A DNA stretch of 35,077 bases from Dehalococcoidia bacterium (lineage in GTDB: Bacteria > Chloroflexota > Dehalococcoidia > Lucifugimonadales > QGNO01): contig DAOUKI010000025.1 of the NCBI GenBank assembly GCA_034421495.1, positions 1-35,077 of the forward strand. Direction: 5' to 3'. Within the stretch, counting starts at the first letter, position 1; each line of letters starts with the position of its first letter. The notes below the pieces were generated by a model. That model saw only the letters and a list, made by a program, of their open reading frames with translations. It did not search any database and was not told the origin of the DNA. Shown here in pieces: positions 34,239 through 35,077 of the stretch. The translations under genes were made by a program, and so were the position numbers.

Positions 34239-34256
34239 AATGCCTTGCAAGGCATT
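34239..34256. promoter_or_regulatory. Perfect 18-bp palindrome AATGCCTTGCAAGGCATT, possible operator
   Basis: Verified base by base. It sits about 60 nt upstream of the HTH ORF at 34318. A second hyphenated repeat, TGTTCC-aa-GGAACA, is at 34151-34164. The function is an inference. Confidence 0.4.
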
Positions 34257-34317
34257 ACATGCGAGCAATTTCTCGTTCACAATTAGATGTTGGGCCATTG
34301 CCGATTGGAGCAGTTGA

Positions 34318-34602
34318 TTGGTAGTCACGGAGCAAAGAACACGACCGTTGAACGGCGCCACGCAGGCCGGACCGCGCCTTGAGAGAGCGGTCTGGGAGTA
34401 CGTGCGCGCGTACTCGGCGCTGCACGGACGGCGCGAGACAGCCGAGCATCTCGGCGTGTCCCGCCACACCCTGTGGCGTTTCCTCGAACGGGGTCAGATG
34501 GGGCACGCCGTGCCATCCGCCGTCCTTAACTCCGTCGGCAACAGCGCCCGGGCGATTGGGGAAGCCACCTTCGAGCTCATCATCGACCTGGAGGGCCTGT
34601 GA
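34318..34602 (+). CDS. Helix-turn-helix protein (94 codons, TTG start uncertain)
   Basis: RETAEHLGVSRHTLWRFLERG is a canonical HTH. It ends at TGA 34600-34602 and is in frame with the next ORF. Confidence 0.45.
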   Translation: MVVTEQRTRPLNGATQAGPRLERAVWEYVRAYSALHGRRETAEHLGVSRHTLWRFLERGQMGHAVPSAVLNSVGNSARAIGEATFELIIDLEGL

Positions 34603-35077
34603 CCGGACCCTGCGCTGCGCTCCCTGCGCCAGGGGCTTGAACAGGCGCTCCTGCTGCTGTGCGCCACGCCCCTGGCCACCGTGGAGGACCTGTCCCGCTT
34701 CGGGCATGTCCCAGCCTCCACGCTCCGAGACCAGTTGAAGAAGCTGGTCGAGCGGGGCTTGGTGGACTCCGTGCCCCACCACTTGAGCGTCCTGGGGACT
34801 CGCCCTCAGCGCCGGTACTTTCCCACGGAGAAGGGCGTCATCGCCGGAGGCATGGCGACCAAAGGCGAGAAGCATATGCTACGGTCATACCCGGTTTCGA
34901 AGCAGTGGTTCCGGCTGCTGGCCGAGCGACTGGATGCCGTGGCTGTGCTCCACCGAGTCGCCGCCATGGTCGCCGACGCCGACCCGCACGACGACCCGGT
35001 GCGGGTTGACCACTACCGCAACGGCCCCTACGACATGCTGATCACCCTGTCCGGGGGCCGCTCCATCGGCCTGATCC
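34603..35077 (+). CDS. Winged-helix (MarR/replication-relaxation-like) protein, open to the window end; no convincing own start codon
   Basis: Absent from the track because it has no stop. Reads PDPALRSLRQGLEQALLLLCATPLATVEDLSRFGHVPASTLRDQLKKLVERGLVDSV......G.RPQRRYFPTEKG. It is in the same frame as 34318..34602. Confidence 0.45.

Noticed and set aside
34600-34602. TGA recoding (Trp/Gly/Sec) as an explanation for the in-frame stop.
   Set aside because: TGA terminates several well-supported genes in this window (for example hyuA, the phosphoesterase, the SLOG gene and hicA). I saw no SECIS-like context. A pseudogene, a sequencing error or two separate genes are more likely.
34255-34875. 206-aa minus-strand ORF overlapping the HTH/wHTH genes.
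   Set aside because: It is a high-GC shadow ORF with Gly/Arg/Ala-rich translation and no motif. The plus frame has two clear HTH signatures.

Overview
This is a 35-kb window from a fairly GC-rich bacterium. No rRNA or tRNA is present to place it taxonomically. All calls come from reading translations and motifs by eye; no database search was run.

Positions 1-19.7 kb look like ordinary chromosome:
- a hyuA/hyuB-type hydantoinase/oxoprolinase pair and a divergent ROK-like kinase
- VOC-fold proteins
- a 4-gene signalling operon (REC-PP2C phosphatase, RsbW-like kinase, type-1 periplasmic binding protein, HAMP histidine kinase)
- a SIMPL lipoprotein and a scramblase-family protein
- a 1,896-aa repeat-rich surface protein with very recent internal duplications
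- a small ArsR-VOC cassette

From about 19.78 to 32.27 kb lies a visibly more AT-rich 12.5-kb block. Every gene in it is on the minus strand and tightly packed. In transcription order they are DUF2971, an HNH nuclease, a frameshifted HExxH peptidase, an AlbA_2/Schlafen-like protein, hicAB, two unknown proteins and a VapBC-like pair. The block ends in a four-gene operon: SMODS/CD-NTase-like nucleotidyltransferase, soluble DprA/SLOG protein, calcineurin-like phosphoesterase with a TPR-like tail, and an HSP90/MORC-like GHKL ATPase. That operon is my best candidate for an undescribed nucleotide-signalling defence system.

A second unusual feature is a ~120-bp module derived from the 5' end of the vapB-like gene. 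It recurs immediately upstream of four unrelated cargo genes.

Right of the island are gene fragments (a 5'-truncated SDR and a 5'-truncated hsdM) and two HTH/wHTH ORFs separated by an in-frame TGA. I recognised no CRISPR array, rRNA, tRNA, integrase or transposase.
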